From Azolla caroliniana (lineage: Eukaryota; Plantae; Polypodiophyta): 64,000 nt of DNA. The position numbers were made by a program, and so were the translations under genes. The stretch lies in assembly GCA_043228905.1 (NCBI GenBank), contig JBHGNT010000021.1:6944001-7008000 (forward strand). Reading direction: 5' to 3'. The notes below the pieces were generated by a model, which did no database searches, was not told the DNA's origin, and saw only the letters and a program-made list of their open reading frames with translations. Numbering within the stretch: position 1 is the stretch's first letter; every line of letters begins with the position of its first letter. Below are positions 25,529 to 38,511 of this stretch, in pieces.

Positions 25529-27610
25529 ATGATGTCTAGTGCTTTGATTGTTAATAGCCTACCTAGTATGCCTCACCTTGATCATCCTCCTCCATCTCCA
25601 TCTCCATCTAATACTCCTATCCCTACTTCTCCACCTCCTAATGATCCAAGCCATGCTTCTTCTTCTTCTTCTTCAATTTCTTCTACCTCTTGTACAACAA
25701 CTCCTCTCCTTTGCTTCGGCGACATACCCATATCCTCTTCCTTCCTCCAATATAACCCTAGTTTCCCCCCTAGCCCCTCTTCTTCTCCTTCTTCTCCTCC
25801 TCCTCCTTCTTCCTCGGTTTCGCATAACACCTCTTCGGCCGCTATATTGTCATTGTCATCTCCACCAACACCGCATTCGTCTTCTTCTCCTCCACCATTG
25901 GTGCCTGCCCAAGGTGACATCATGCCCAATGCTAGCACTCTCGGTCCCGCCTCCTCTATGCCTCTCTCGAGCCGAACCTCCTCCGACACCATCTCCTCCT
26001 CCTCCTCCCCTCTCTCCCGTCGAAGCTCCGATAGTGACTCTCCCGGGGATCGCTCCTCCTTTGAAACAATTTCTTCTTTACCTAATGCTCCCTCGCTTGA
26101 TATGGCTACAACTAGCTCGGCGTATGGACTTAGGATGTGTCGGAACGATGGAGGAGGCAATATATCCTCGTGTGGCCCCGGGCTCTCCATCCCTACTGAT
26201 ACCTTCATGGCCCTTCAAGAGCTCAAAGCCAGCATGGTGGAGCTAGCCCATGCCGCCACGGCCGATGACCATCTCTCGGATCAAGAAGAGATTTGGCCCG
26301 CCGACTCTTGGCCCGCGCTCGACGTGTACTCGAGTGACGACTTCCGGATGTTCGAATTCAAAGTCCGGAAGTGTGTCCGAGGTAGGAGCCATGATTGGAC
26401 GGAATGTCCATTTTCACACCCGGGGGAGAAAGCCCGCCGCCGTGACCCGAGGCGGTATCATTACTCGGGCACGGCGTGCCCGGATTTCCGTAAGGGCAAT
26501 TGTAGGAGGGGGGACGCGTGCGAGTTCGCGCATGGGGTATTCGAGTGCTGGCTCCACCCGGCAAGGTATCGGACGCAGCCTTGCAAAGACGGACGGAATT
26601 GTCGGAGGAGGGTGTGCTTCTTCGCGCATACTCCGGAGCAGTTACGGGTTGTTCCGGCCGAGGCTATGGAGCTAGCTCCCTCTCCCGTGGCACCCGGGGG
26701 TTCGGGTAGCGTGGCCGCAAGAACAAGCCTTCTCAAGGCAGCGGCGGCTTTGAGCGGGGGTGCGTACGACGGATCGCCCTTACGAAGAGCCCTCGCAGGA
26801 ACCTTGGATGGTAAAGTTGCATTGGAACTCTTCTTGGATCATGATAGTAAAAGCTCTAGCACCATGAGGGAGCCCACCACTACTAGCCTTAGGGGTGGTG
26901 TCCACATTCACCAGAGCTCTTGCAACAATTGGGCGGCCGCGGCGGCCAATATTTCATCTCCCAACTCTACGTTGGTCCCGGTCGGCAATATAAGCACCCC
27001 GAATTCCCCCGTGGCTTCCTCCTCGTCCCCCGACTCCCCACCTTTAATTTGTAATTCCCCCGTTTCACACTCATGGCCGGCCATGGTGCCTACCCATAGG
27101 AGGCATTTGGATAGGCTTAGATCGACACCTACCTTGTCTGTTCCGTCCTTCGAAGACACGTGCGAGCTTATGAATAGCTTGCACGCCCTTGGTCAGCTGT
27201 CCTCTCCGGGCGCCAACGCGGTCCAGTCTTGTCGAGAAGCCCGCCCAAGCTTGTGGTCTCGTGGATTGACCCACCTTCAGAATGCCAGCTTGCCTTTGAG
27301 TGCTCCTTCTAGCCCATTTGCAAGGTATGGCTATAGTACTACTACTAAAATGAATAACAATATAATGAACCAAGGGCTAGAGGCTAATGATAATGTGGAG
27401 ATGAAGAGTGATATTGGTTTTAAATCGGCCTCATTTTCACATGGCCGAGTTGGATCTTTCATGGATCGTATTAGCCCCGTCACTGTCAAATCGGCGTCGT
27501 TTTCACATGGTGGTCGGACAAGTGGCACGAATAATAACGAACCGAATGCCACCTTCACCAATGAATCGGAATCTCCGGATTTGGGTTGGGTGAACGAGCT
27601 CGTGCAGTGA
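25529..27610 (+). CDS. RR-type tandem CCCH zinc-finger protein (TZF family, no ankyrin repeats), intronless, ~693 aa
   Basis: [11 protein letters not shown]...[22 protein letters not shown] (RR/CHCH region), [19 protein letters not shown] and [16 protein letters not shown] fingers, C-terminal [10 protein letters not shown]. First in-frame ATG is 25529 (the ORF track starts at a TTG). Confidence 0.93.
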   Translation: MMSSALIVNSLPSMPHLDHPPPSPSPSNTPIPTSPPPNDPSHASSSSSSISSTSCTTTPLLCFGDIPISSSFLQYNPSFPPSPSSSPSSPPPPSSSVSHNTSSAAILSLSSPPTPHSSSSPPPLVPAQGDIMPNASTLGPASSMPLSSRTSSDTISSSSSPLSRRSSDSDSPGDRSSFETISSLPNAPSLDMATTSSAYGLRMCRNDGGGNISSCGPGLSIPTDTFMALQELKASMVELAHAATADDHLSDQEEIWPADSWPALDVYSSDDFRMFEFKVRKCVRGRSHDWTECPFSHPGEKARRRDPRRYHYSGTACPDFRKGNCRRGDACEFAHGVFECWLHPARYRTQPCKDGRNCRRRVCFFAHTPEQLRVVPAEAMELAPSPVAPGGSGSVAARTSLLKAAAALSGGAYDGSPLRRALAGTLDGKVALELFLDHDSKSSSTMREPTTTSLRGGVHIHQSSCNNWAAAAANISSPNSTLVPVGNISTPNSPVASSSSPDSPPLICNSPVSHSWPAMVPTHRRHLDRLRSTPTLSVPSFEDTCELMNSLHALGQLSSPGANAVQSCREARPSLWSRGLTHLQNASLPLSAPSSPFARYGYSTTTKMNNNIMNQGLEANDNVEMKSDIGFKSASFSHGRVGSFMDRISPVTVKSASFSHGGRTSGTNNNEPNATFTNESESPDLGWVNELVQ

Positions 27611-30044
27611 TGATACTTCAATGATTTCCGATTTTTTATTTTGATTATCCCTTATGTTTTTGCTTCTTCTTCTTCTTCTTCTTTCTTTATTTCTTTCTTG
27701 GATTTTATGTACAAAGGTTGATTTCGTTGGAGGTATTGTCAAATAGATTTTTGTTGGAATTTTCTTTTTTGTCCGTGGTTTACGCATTTTCGAAGCCCTT
27801 GGTGCCCTTGGATAATGGGGGTGGAGGAGGTATGTCAATTAGATTCTCGATTTTTTTTTTGGCTTTTGCTTTTTTCATGCCCTAGGAAAATAGGGCAAAC
27901 TTTCTAGTATTTCTTTTTTCGGCCATTTCTTTCGCTCTCTAGAATCTCTTATATTAGAGTCCCTTGGAAAATGGGATTGTTCCGTCAAAAGATGACACCA
28001 ACGGATTGAATTTTCATGCCCTATATACATAGTGAGCTCCTGTGCGTAGTGCAATATAATTATCACTTAATATTTACATTTGAGACCCTTATATTTCATT
28101 CAGCCCTCTTCACATTCACTTCAATGGAGTACATATTCAAAAAGCTTGTCCATAAGAAAGAAAGCTTCAATGTACATGGGAAATAGTTTCTCTCTTTGTA
28201 AATGCTTTGAAAAGGAGGATTTCTAGTGTTGGAAATTCCAATTGTGACGTCGAGGAGTTTAATAATTTGCTTTTTATGCACAATGAGCTTCTTGTTCTTT
28301 TCCTCATGTTTTGAACTCGACTATTTCGACTATTTGGAAGTTTAGTTTTTGTTATGGATTTTGCAAACTTTTGATAGTTTTATTATTAAGCATGTTTCGT
28401 GTGTAATTTAGTTGACATGGAGAAGTTTTTGAGAACCCCAAAAATTGGTATGTTATAAAATAGAGGTTTGGATCATCATCTTTAAGGGGGCTGTCTTCCC
28501 TTTGTCAAAATCTAGCTTGTTTGTCTAGTATGCATGAACAATTGATGTGTATCTTATCATTTTATTTGATATTTGAACATCACATATGCTAAGATTCTAC
28601 ATGCCTAACTTGAATGACGGCCCACACCACCTTTTAAGAACCTATATTTACACATTAGGTTCTCAAAATATGAAACCTAAATTCTAGGTCATCGACGCAC
28701 CAGGGAAGCTGAAAATTGGGTGGATGCTTTTCTATTTTGGAATGATAAAACAGAATTTAACAAATTTAGTTATTGTTGCAAGCATGTTAGAAAGGTGCTT
28801 AGCTATTTTTCTTTGTATATGTACTTGGTTAAGTTCTTATTATAAATATGTAAATTATGATTGTCGTTCTAATGACATTTTGAGATTTATATATTTGTAT
28901 TTGGATGAATCAAATTATAATAATGTATCCAAGATTGAACATCATGTTTGCAAGATGCTCATATCATAAAGGTTGTATGTTATGACGTTTGTTTATACAA
29001 AGCATTAAAAATCAAGAGTGTCTTTCAACATTTTGTATGTGTAGTGTTGAAAAGGTTTGTCATGTAGAATGTTACGAAGCCAACCAAAATGCATTCACAT
29101 GTTAAGCATAACATAAATCACACACATGCCCTTGAATCTTCGGATATATTAGTGAACATTGAATTGTTACAAATTTGGGTCAAGTCCTCACAAATCAAAT
29201 CATGAAAAAAAATGGAGGGTTCTATATCACTCTTTGGTGAGGAGATATCCAAAGATAAGCTTGACAAGCCATAAAATTCTATATGACTCTTTGGTGAGGA
29301 GATATCCAAAGATTCAAACTATGATAGTTTTTGCAAATTTGGAAGAGATTTGGTCATTCTAACTATAATTTGAGGAGATAGTTAGCAATCACTTCCAAAT
29401 TATAGTTAGAACTATCAAATCAAGTGAGGAGATAACTTTGGACATTAGATTCTAACTATGATAGTTTTTGCTAGAGTTACAAATGATAGGTGCAAGAATG
29501 AACATGAATAGAATGGAAACATTTATATCAATTGATAGGTAGGCACAAGGAACACACCACAAATGGGTGTGCATTTTATGGCTAAAATGGGTATGATGTG
29601 GACGCCAATAGGCACATGTGATGTGGCAAATGTGTGGCCCTTTGATAATATCGTGAACGTTGACATACACAACCTATGTGTAGGCACGTGGCCCCTTGAC
29701 GATGTCTCGAACAACAATTGATACCAACATCATTGAGCGGACATATGGTGTTATGAGCATAATTGTAACTAAAGTTGTGGGGTAATTTGTAAGGATGAAG
29801 GGTGATGATTGAGTTATCTCTATGGCCCATCTAGGCACCTAAATATTGTAGCCAACAATACTAACACAAGCTCCCATTGTTGCGAATGAGGCCGATATGC
29901 GGAAAGTGAACAACACTATAGTGTGGAGAACAACATTGATAGACTTGTTCAAGATGAACAAAACAAAGACAACTAGTCAAGACTCAAGATAAAGAGATAG
30001 AATATGAGAGAGAGAGAGAGAGAGAGTCGGTAAGGTGGCCCAGA

Positions 30045-30115
30045 TGGATGTAGCTCAGTTGGTAAGGTTGCCCAATGGAGACCAAGTGGTCATGGGTTCA
30101 ACCCCCACATTCCAC
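30045..30115 (+). pseudogene. Degenerate tRNA-derived sequence (SINE head or tRNA pseudogene)
   Basis: A-box TAGCTCAGTTGG (30051-30062) and B-box GGTTCAACCCC (30095-30105) at tRNA spacing; stems imperfect. Confidence 0.55.
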
Positions 30116-30359
30116 AGTGGCATCTAGTGAATTAAGAGATACATAAGAAGTATATAATAGAGAGGTGAGGAAGTTGGGTTTTGAACTCAAAACGCAATGC
30201 TTGTAGTGCTAACAACTTACCACTAGGGTAAGGTAATTACAATAGAGAGAGAAAAATGTAACTATTTTATTTAGGATTTCGGAAGTTAAAACAAAATGGT
30301 GGCACTCACATCTCTCTTCAAACTAGGTTACAATTTCAGTTTTATATAAACTAAACTAG

Positions 30360-31352
30360 AGCAACTACCCTTTGGTATAATTATAGAAGTGTCCTAGTCT
30401 AGTTTGTACAAATGGGCAAATGTGAATACGACCATTATACACCCATATTCGACACTCCCCCGTAATCGGAATATACATCAAAATCTGTACTAGAAAGAAT
30501 AAACAAAAAATAAAGATTTCTACAAAGAGATGTTGGATTAATTGGTTGTATTGCCGGTCGAATAACAAAAGCCGAATCGACTAGTCTGAAAAACTGAAGC
30601 TGGGTCGGTTGTGCCAAATGCCGCAATGTCGAAGTGTCTGAATCCGATTGTCCGAAGTCATCTCTATGTACGACTCAATCAGATTGATTTCTCCTTAAGC
30701 CCATCTAGTGCCGAAGCTACTGGAATCGGTCAACCGAAAGACACTTGGTCATCTCGTCTACAATGTTGTTAGACATAGAGATTTTCTCAAGACCGAGATT
30801 ACCTGTAGTTACGCAATCCCGAATGAAGTGATATCGAACGTTGATATGCTTCGAGGCATTATGATGGATAGGATTCTTCGACAAGGTGACAACACCCTAA
30901 CTATTGTTTTAGACAACTGGAACCGAATTGGAATTGGCTTGTCGAAACGTGCATGCCAACCGACCGAGCCATAGAGCCTACATATTTACATATTTGGCTT
31001 TGGTCGTTGAGGTGACAGTGCACTCCTGTAGTTTCGACTTCCATGATATTGCTCCAATGCTGAATCAGAAGAAGTAACCGATTGTTGACTTTCGGTTGTC
31101 CAGACAACTGGCAAAATCCGAGTCGGTGTAGCCGACTACGCTTGAGGTCTTATTCGGGCTTAAGAGGATACCAAGGTCTTGTGAGCCCACTAGGTATCTG
31201 AATACATGCTTGACTGTGTTTCAATGAGGTCGACCAAGGTTAAGCATAAATCTGCTGACGACTCCTACAACGTGAGCCATGTCTGGTTGTGTTGCAACTA
31301 TTGCATACATTAACGGAGATGAAGGCCGGCGCATACGGTACCGACTTCATAA
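30360..31352 (-). mobile_element. Decayed Copia RT/RNase H 3' remnant with adjacent LTR-like sequence
   Basis: MKSVPYA...LMYAIVATQPDMAHVVGVVSRFM...GYTDSDFA...AISWKSKLQ...KNPIHHNASKHINVRYHFIRD across frames; left boundary approximate. Confidence 0.8.
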
Positions 31353-32869
31353 TTAACAAGTTGGTTGGTGTCTCTTTGAAATTACACACACAATATATAT
31401 ATATATATAGAGAGAGAGAGACACACACAAAAAAGGTATTATAGAGAGAGACACACACACACACAAAAAAGGTATTATAGAGAGAGACACACACAGAATA
31501 TATATATATATATATAGAGAGAGACACACACACACAAAATGTATATACAGAGAGAAGCCTTGTAGAGCCAAAGAAATACCAGGTCCCCCCCGCCCACTCA
31601 GTCTACAGATCGACCAATTTGTTTGCTTGTATATCGATTCTGCTCCAAATTCTCTGCGTCGGTCGTTTTTGGGTTGTTGCTTCCGATTCGAGAGACAAAA
31701 AAACCGTAGTCCCATCTATTTGTAAGTGGTAAAAAAAACACCCTTTCTGATTTTGATTCTGTAAGATCTCTTTTCCGTCTCCCTATTAACAAACAAAAGA
31801 AGAGAATGCTGGAAGTTGCTTCTTCTTTTCTTTTTGACTTCGATTTTGTTCTTATGTATCTGATTTCTGTAAAGAAGAAATGTAAGTGATAATGTTTCTG
31901 TAAATTTATTTGATGTCTTTCACTGCAGTTTTTTTTCACCATCAATCACAAAAGGAATTCTTAACTACTCTATCAGGACGCTATTTGGGCAGAATTAAGG
32001 AATAAATTTGATTTTAATTTTTATTCAAATAAGTTTGTTTAGTTTTAATCAAGTAAGGATTCTCATCTAACCAATTTGAATTATTCAAGGGATATCAAAA
32101 AAATTTATTTCACTGATATTTACAGTTTTCAAGAATAAAACATACCCTTTCTCCACTCAATAAAGGAATGAATACATTGCTTACAATTTACATGCATTGT
32201 ATGGAAAAGCCATGGAAAATATGGGAAGAAAACAAAACCTTTATACCGAGACCGATGAAACTATAGCTGAAAATATTTATTTGGTGATGAGCGAGTGACC
32301 TATAGAACAACCGTTTTTTGGTTTAAGGAATGAACACATCCTTCTGAATGGTCATTTATATTTTTTTATAAAAGACCTCTTCGGGATGAACTGATTCAAA
32401 GGAAGTATGAGAAATTCCATGGCATTGTTAAAAGAAATATACCTATTAAGGAAAAGAATACGTGGACTATGAACCGCACAGTTTATGAAGGGATTTCCAC
32501 TATTTGGTAGGAAATCTCATTCCTATCCTTTTAAAACATCTCCTTGCAAATGATCAATTTAAGGTTAGAACAAGAAATTTCATGAAAGTCAAGTGGCTAT
32601 TTCCTAACCAATCTTTGGAATGCTTTAGAGTTAAGGGAAGGAAGAGGCAATTTCATAGAATTGACTGATCTTTCTTCCTCCCTCAAAAAACACCTCATTG
32701 GAAAGTTTAATATAAACAAACGATGAGGAATTTCATAAATCTGAAAATGTAAGTATCTTGTTCTATTAAATCTGTTATAATGGTTAATTAGATATTGGAA
32801 TATTCTTTTGTGCTAGCAGGTTTTGTTTCTCTTCGAATATATAAAGTATTCAGGGAATTCAGTAACATC

Positions 32870-35800
32870 ATGGTGAGTAGGATTAGTTTTTTATTACTAC
32901 CTGACATTTTTCTAAGTAATTTTAGAATTTCTTGTCACCTGTCTTATTAAGCTTTGAATACAGGAGAATATCAAGAACTTATCTCTCGAAAATCTGAAGA
33001 TGGAGAGGGATGCAGCTATAAGGGCAAAGGTAGATCATGCTTATATTTGCATTAGTGTATGTCCATCATGTTTAAACTTATAATGCTCATAGAAATTATG
33101 CAAGGGGGATGTAAATGATATTGACATATTGAAATTCTAACACATAGGGGTATTAGAGGCTTATAATGCAAATTAGGCAAGAAAAGCATTTGTACATGCT
33201 CATAAGTAAAAGTAGAAGAATATCAAGGTCATACGAGGAGAACTTATGCATGTTGAATTGTTCGATGTTGGGAGTAAAAGTAATACTATCTAGGCATAAA
33301 AATCTATTCTCATGGTATGGATAGTTAATAGAGAAGAGTATTTCCATCTTAGATTGGTATTGATCTGTTTACCATGCACCTTGTTTGTCCTCATTTTCTA
33401 TAGTTTTTGTCAGGAATCATATACTTGCAATTATAAAGTAGCATACAAAGGAGAGAAAGCTATGATGTATTCACTCCTTTTAATGTTTCTGTTTGCATGC
33501 ATATGTGAAAACATGCTACTTGTCAGGGCCTCCCTTCATGGTTGGATAAGATAGTACAAAAACTTCTATTAAAAGCTAACTTGGTTCATTTGTGACTGTT
33601 GGGCATGCTGAGAATATACGTAGGACAACATTTTTTCAGTCCTTGCATGAAGTTGATCTTCTTGCATTTCTTGAGTTATTTCACTCCAGGGGTAAAGATT
33701 GCACTCTAGCTTTTGCATTTGTATGCATCTGCTATTTTTTGTGTTTTACTACTTTTTATATTCATAATAAGTTCAAATTCTTGATTTGTGATTTTGTACT
33801 TATGGAGGGATATCTATTGTCACTTTAAGCTGATATGGATATTTGTTTTTCCTCTATTTGAATAGAAAAAGCAGCGACAAGGTTAAAACATGCTATTTAG
33901 CTACAAGTGATATCTTTGAATTTTAGTGCAATCTCCCAACGGAATTTTAGTACAACCATATTTCCTATTGTCGTTGCTAGTCTTGCATGCTCTGCTGATT
34001 TGCTATCTAGATTCCAAATCCATGTGGTGGTACCTAGCAGTGATAGCTGGTGGAGCTTCATCATTATACCCTTAGAGGGCACTCTTTTGTTTTGCGTTCT
34101 GTTTATTTTTTAATCTTTTTTTTGTTAGCTGTCATTTTGGTTGAGTTTTCAGCCCATCTCAAGTTGTAGTAGAAACTTCGTTCTAGAGACTGACTCTGGC
34201 TGTATGGATGGCATGGCATTCGTTCAGACCATGCCTAATGACGTTGATCTTGCATTTCTTAAGTAGAGCACTCTAGGGTGAATATTCCACTGCGAGCTTT
34301 TCCATTTGTATGTGTTTTCAGTTTTTCATTTACTGCAATATTTATTTCTTGTTCTACCTTTTTTCTCTTCTTTTTGGAATTTCTTGTACTTTTTCTATTC
34401 ATAAGTGAAACTTGGTTGGTTCTTATGATGGACAATCAAACAGATTATGTTTATTTCAACAAAGAGATGAACCTTGGCAACATAGAACACAAGCTTTTAC
34501 ATGTCACCCACTTTAATTGGGTAGATCTTTACTCTTGTTATTGATAGGTCTTCTTGGATCTATCAGTACATAGTTCTATCAGGCCCTTGTTTAGTTACTA
34601 TGCCTACACTGTTTATTACAAGTTTAAAAGAAGGGCTTCAACATCAAAAGCAATGAAGTCATCAATGTTATAAATGCTATTTCATAAGATAGTCAATAAC
34701 TATAAATAACCTGCTATTCACCTATCTCAATAGACTAAAATGATTCTAGGTATTTGTTTGTATTTTACACAAAAGTGAAAGTATTACGCAGATTTTCTAC
34801 TTGTGAATGATCTGTTTGATGGTTTCCATTTTAACACAAAAGCTATAATGGAATACTTATTGTATAGGATGATCTTGCTGCTCAATTACGGATGGTGAAG
34901 AAAAAGCTTCAAGAAGCAGAAGAAGAGCAATACAAGGTCTAATTAAGTTACCTAAATACTAGACAGACACTCTTTCAGAAAAATGTATATGATTTTTCAT
35001 ACCCTATTGGAGTCCTTGTAGGCTGAAGAAGATGCTGGTGCCTTGCGAGCGGAATTAGAATCACTACATCGGAGAGAGGAATATAGAAATATAGTCTCAT
35101 CTTCCTCAAACTCTGAACAATATCGTTTGCTTGAGCAAGAGCTTGCAACAGCTAAATTGGACCTCCAGGTTCATTTTTGTCAGCTAAATATGGAAGAAAA
35201 GGAAATAATTGAAAAACTCAAACTGTATATATTATATGCATTGGCTCTCAGAATGCTATTCAACAATGGCAACGAGAACAACAGCGAGTGACAGAAGAAC
35301 AACAGCGTGTATCAGATCTGTTGAAAGAGCAAAATCAATTAAAGAATGCCCTTGTAGAATCTCAGAAAAGAGTAGAAGGTTGGTTTTGATTTGACAAAAA
35401 GAGACTCTAGAATACAATGGTCTTCTATTTCATCTCTTATTCATTATCACAAGCCTTCCATTTTTTAGCAGAAGCTGGGAAATCTTTATCAGTTGGCGCA
35501 TCAAAGGTATTCCATCACCTTTTTTATGTGACAGAAACCCATCAAGCATTTTTTTGGTTTCTTGCAACTTAATTAGTTTTAAGCTATCTTCGTTAGAAAT
35601 GAGCAATCATTGAAACAGTGTAACATTACAATGGATTTGCTCACATAAGCAAGCTCTTCAATTAGAATTCCATTTTCAATTTTGATATACGAATTATTGA
35701 GTAACAAGGTGCCCATAAGACTTTCTCATTTCATTGAGACCAGGATTATCAACTTCGAGAACTTGCATCAATGGTGGAAAGGCTTGAAAATGGACGACAA

Positions 35801-37320
35801 AAGCTTTTGGCTGAGGTACTGTGAGTATATTCCCATTTAAATATGATTCAAATTATGTGTAAACTCGTTGGAAATAATACCTCTTTTTCCTCCAGAAGCT
35901 GTTAATTTTTTTTCCTAATATATATGTCTTGAAATGCTTTTTAATTATGGCAGATAGATTCTCAGTCTGTAGAAATTGAAAGGCTTTTTATGGAGAATGA
36001 TAGTCTCACGGCACACCTGAGAGAAGTCTCAGCATTAGCTGGGCAGTGGGAAAATCAGGTACATTTTTGCATAGATTGTGCTTTCTGGTCCAAAGTTGTA
36101 TATATGTATTTACACCTGATGATGTATACATACATCTGTGCACACACATCTGTGTCATTTTCAACCTGTGTTTGTATCAGCATAGAACTGATATCTATGT
36201 AATACATGGCTTGCTTAAAAATGCAAATGGCAACTTTTCCTTTCGAAGTTATAAAGTCAAAACCATCCTCAGAATTCTATTTCTCTTGCTTTTCTTTACA
36301 ATTGTCTCCCAATTTCCTCAATGTATTTATTACTATTATCTGTCTTGCACCAAAAGATCAAATTCCACCTATAAATGGCCTAAAATTGTAACATTATATG
36401 AGATACAAAAAGTAAACTACTCAGAATCTAGTTGAAACAAATATTGATTTGTCTTCAATAAAAACAGGTACAAGAATGCTTAAAACAAAATGCCAACTTG
36501 CGGATCGAGCTGAGTCAACTTCGTACGGACTCTAAGCGTGATTTTACAGATGAAAATGAGAATACTAAGCTACAGGTGTGATGATTGGTCCTCTAAAGTA
36601 GTGGTAATATTAATTGTTGAGTAATTGAGCATATCTCAAGGGAAAAAATAGTTAATATCCTACTTTGTATTTTTGGGATTATCTAAATAATACCCTTGAT
36701 ATTTTCCCGCATAAAAATATCTGCTCCTCGTAAAAAAGTAACTGTGCCCATGCATGTGTTTCCCTTAACCGGACACACTAATATTTATTACCATAATGTA
36801 TACATTTCACTAACTGATTGAACACTAAAATTTGAAGTTCAATTAAAAAGCCATTAAAATCAAGGTTCGTTTTTGGTCAGTGGGAAGCTTAATCTGTTTA
36901 TGTATTTTGGGATATGAAGAATTTAACCAAAGATTGTTTATTATTAGTATCCCCTCAAGTGTTACTAAGATAATATTTTTTATGAGATGTTTTTAGTTGG
37001 AACTAGCAAATCTGAAGGGCGAAACTGAGACATTGAGTGCACAAGTCTTACAACTCTCAGCCGACTTGAACCGGGCAGCCCAATATATCACTGATATGAA
37101 TTGGATGTAAGTAGCATATACAAGTTTGTTTCAACTTCTCTAATTTTCATTAAAGAAGATGGTTTTTTGGGGTATAAGCAATAAGATTTCTTTTTGCATG
37201 TGTGCATATGCAAATATGCACATCTTCAGTTACAAGCCAGTGCTTTCAAGAATTGAGAATAGATTGGTTCATCTCAAGCAACATGGTGGCAATATTAGTG
37301 GATTTACACGTGTGCATTAA
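32870..37320 (+). CDS. Conserved plant coiled-coil ('myosin heavy chain-related') protein, ~311 aa; join(32870..32872,32964..33029,34868..34936,35022..35168,35252..35378,35469..35506,35744..35815,35954..36058,36468..36575,36997..37106,37230..37320)
   Basis: Eleven GT-AG-bounded exons join in phase without stops: ...RDAAIRAKDDLAAQLRMVKKKLQEAEEEQYKAEEDAGALRAEL...VERLENGRQKLLAEIDSQSVEIERLF...QWENQVQECLKQN...YKPVLSRIE. A probable 5' UTR exon ends near 31721 (GTAAGT). Confidence 0.85.
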
Positions 37321-38408
37321 TATAATTAGATGTAAAGAAGCTTCAACACTTTTATTATATATTTTGTTCTCTTTATCATTCCTTCATTGATTCCACATAA
37401 ACAATAAATAGTTTTGAATTCTTATAATAGTGCAAATAGAGAGGGTTCTCCTTTCTTTGTGTTATTTGTTTCAGACAACTTATTTGATTCCTTTCTTTGT
37501 AGTGTCATTACTGTTCAGTATAAATTGAATTCCTTGTTTTATTATGAGTGTTTAAATAAATATGGGTGGGTACTAAAACATATTCTTAAAACAAACAAGC
37601 ATACATTTATAAGTCATGTAACTCAAGCATTTTCAGGTCAGTTTTGTTGTATGTTGATAAATAACTATCATATAACATATACATGCATGCATATTTGTGT
37701 TGCACATACATAATTACTAACATAACTTATAAGCATGGCTAGAAAAATATAACAAGTCATTACTTGGTAAAGCACAATGTAATGGCACTATGGATTCCTC
37801 ATTTTCCTAGACATGTATTCCGTTGGTGCAATTGTAAAGCTTGTGGTCTGCACCTTAGTTCAGTTCTTTGGCAATAGGTTTTGGTTTTAAGCTCATTATA
37901 AAATATTTTTCATATTTTTAGCATGAGATCATGCATAATAACGTTTTCGCCAAAAAACTTATGGGTTAGAAAATCACTTTCATAGGGTGAGTGTTTGAAA
38001 AGAAATTTAGAATGAGCAACTTTCTTTATTTTGTTGCCTAATGCTTAAATTTTTTTCCTATTTCTCCAAATTCTCAAATCCATCTCTTTTGTGTCAATTA
38101 CATGTCGTGACCAATTTAACCAAGGTGGTTTTACGGAAATATAAAAGATAGTGGTAAAGAAAAAAAAAGCTACGGTGTTTTCCTACAATTTCCAAGCTTA
38201 TGGTAAGGATTGAGCTAAGATTCTCTCTTTTCTATGACTTTAATGCAATGACGAACATTGTTGAGTATACATAAAGATAGTGCAATATCGAAACATTTTA
38301 GTCATTTAAAGATGATCAAATAAATAAAGATAAAGATAACCCCATAAATAATAATCTTCATTCACATCGTGTTAGCAACATTTACATGTTAATGTTTTGC
38401 ACACGGTT

Positions 38409-38468
38409 GCAACGACCTCGTGCTTGCGATCTTCGCCAGATGACGGTTACAACAGAGAGTGCTTGTAG

Positions 38469-38511
<43 letters not shown>

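Noticed and set aside
30045-30115. Functional tRNA gene
   Set aside because: Acceptor and anticodon stems do not pair properly and there is no T-run terminator.
38103-38110. TGTCGTGA as the missing other LTR end of element X
   Set aside because: Similarity stops after 8 nt, and the flanks (TTACA vs CCATT) give no TSD.
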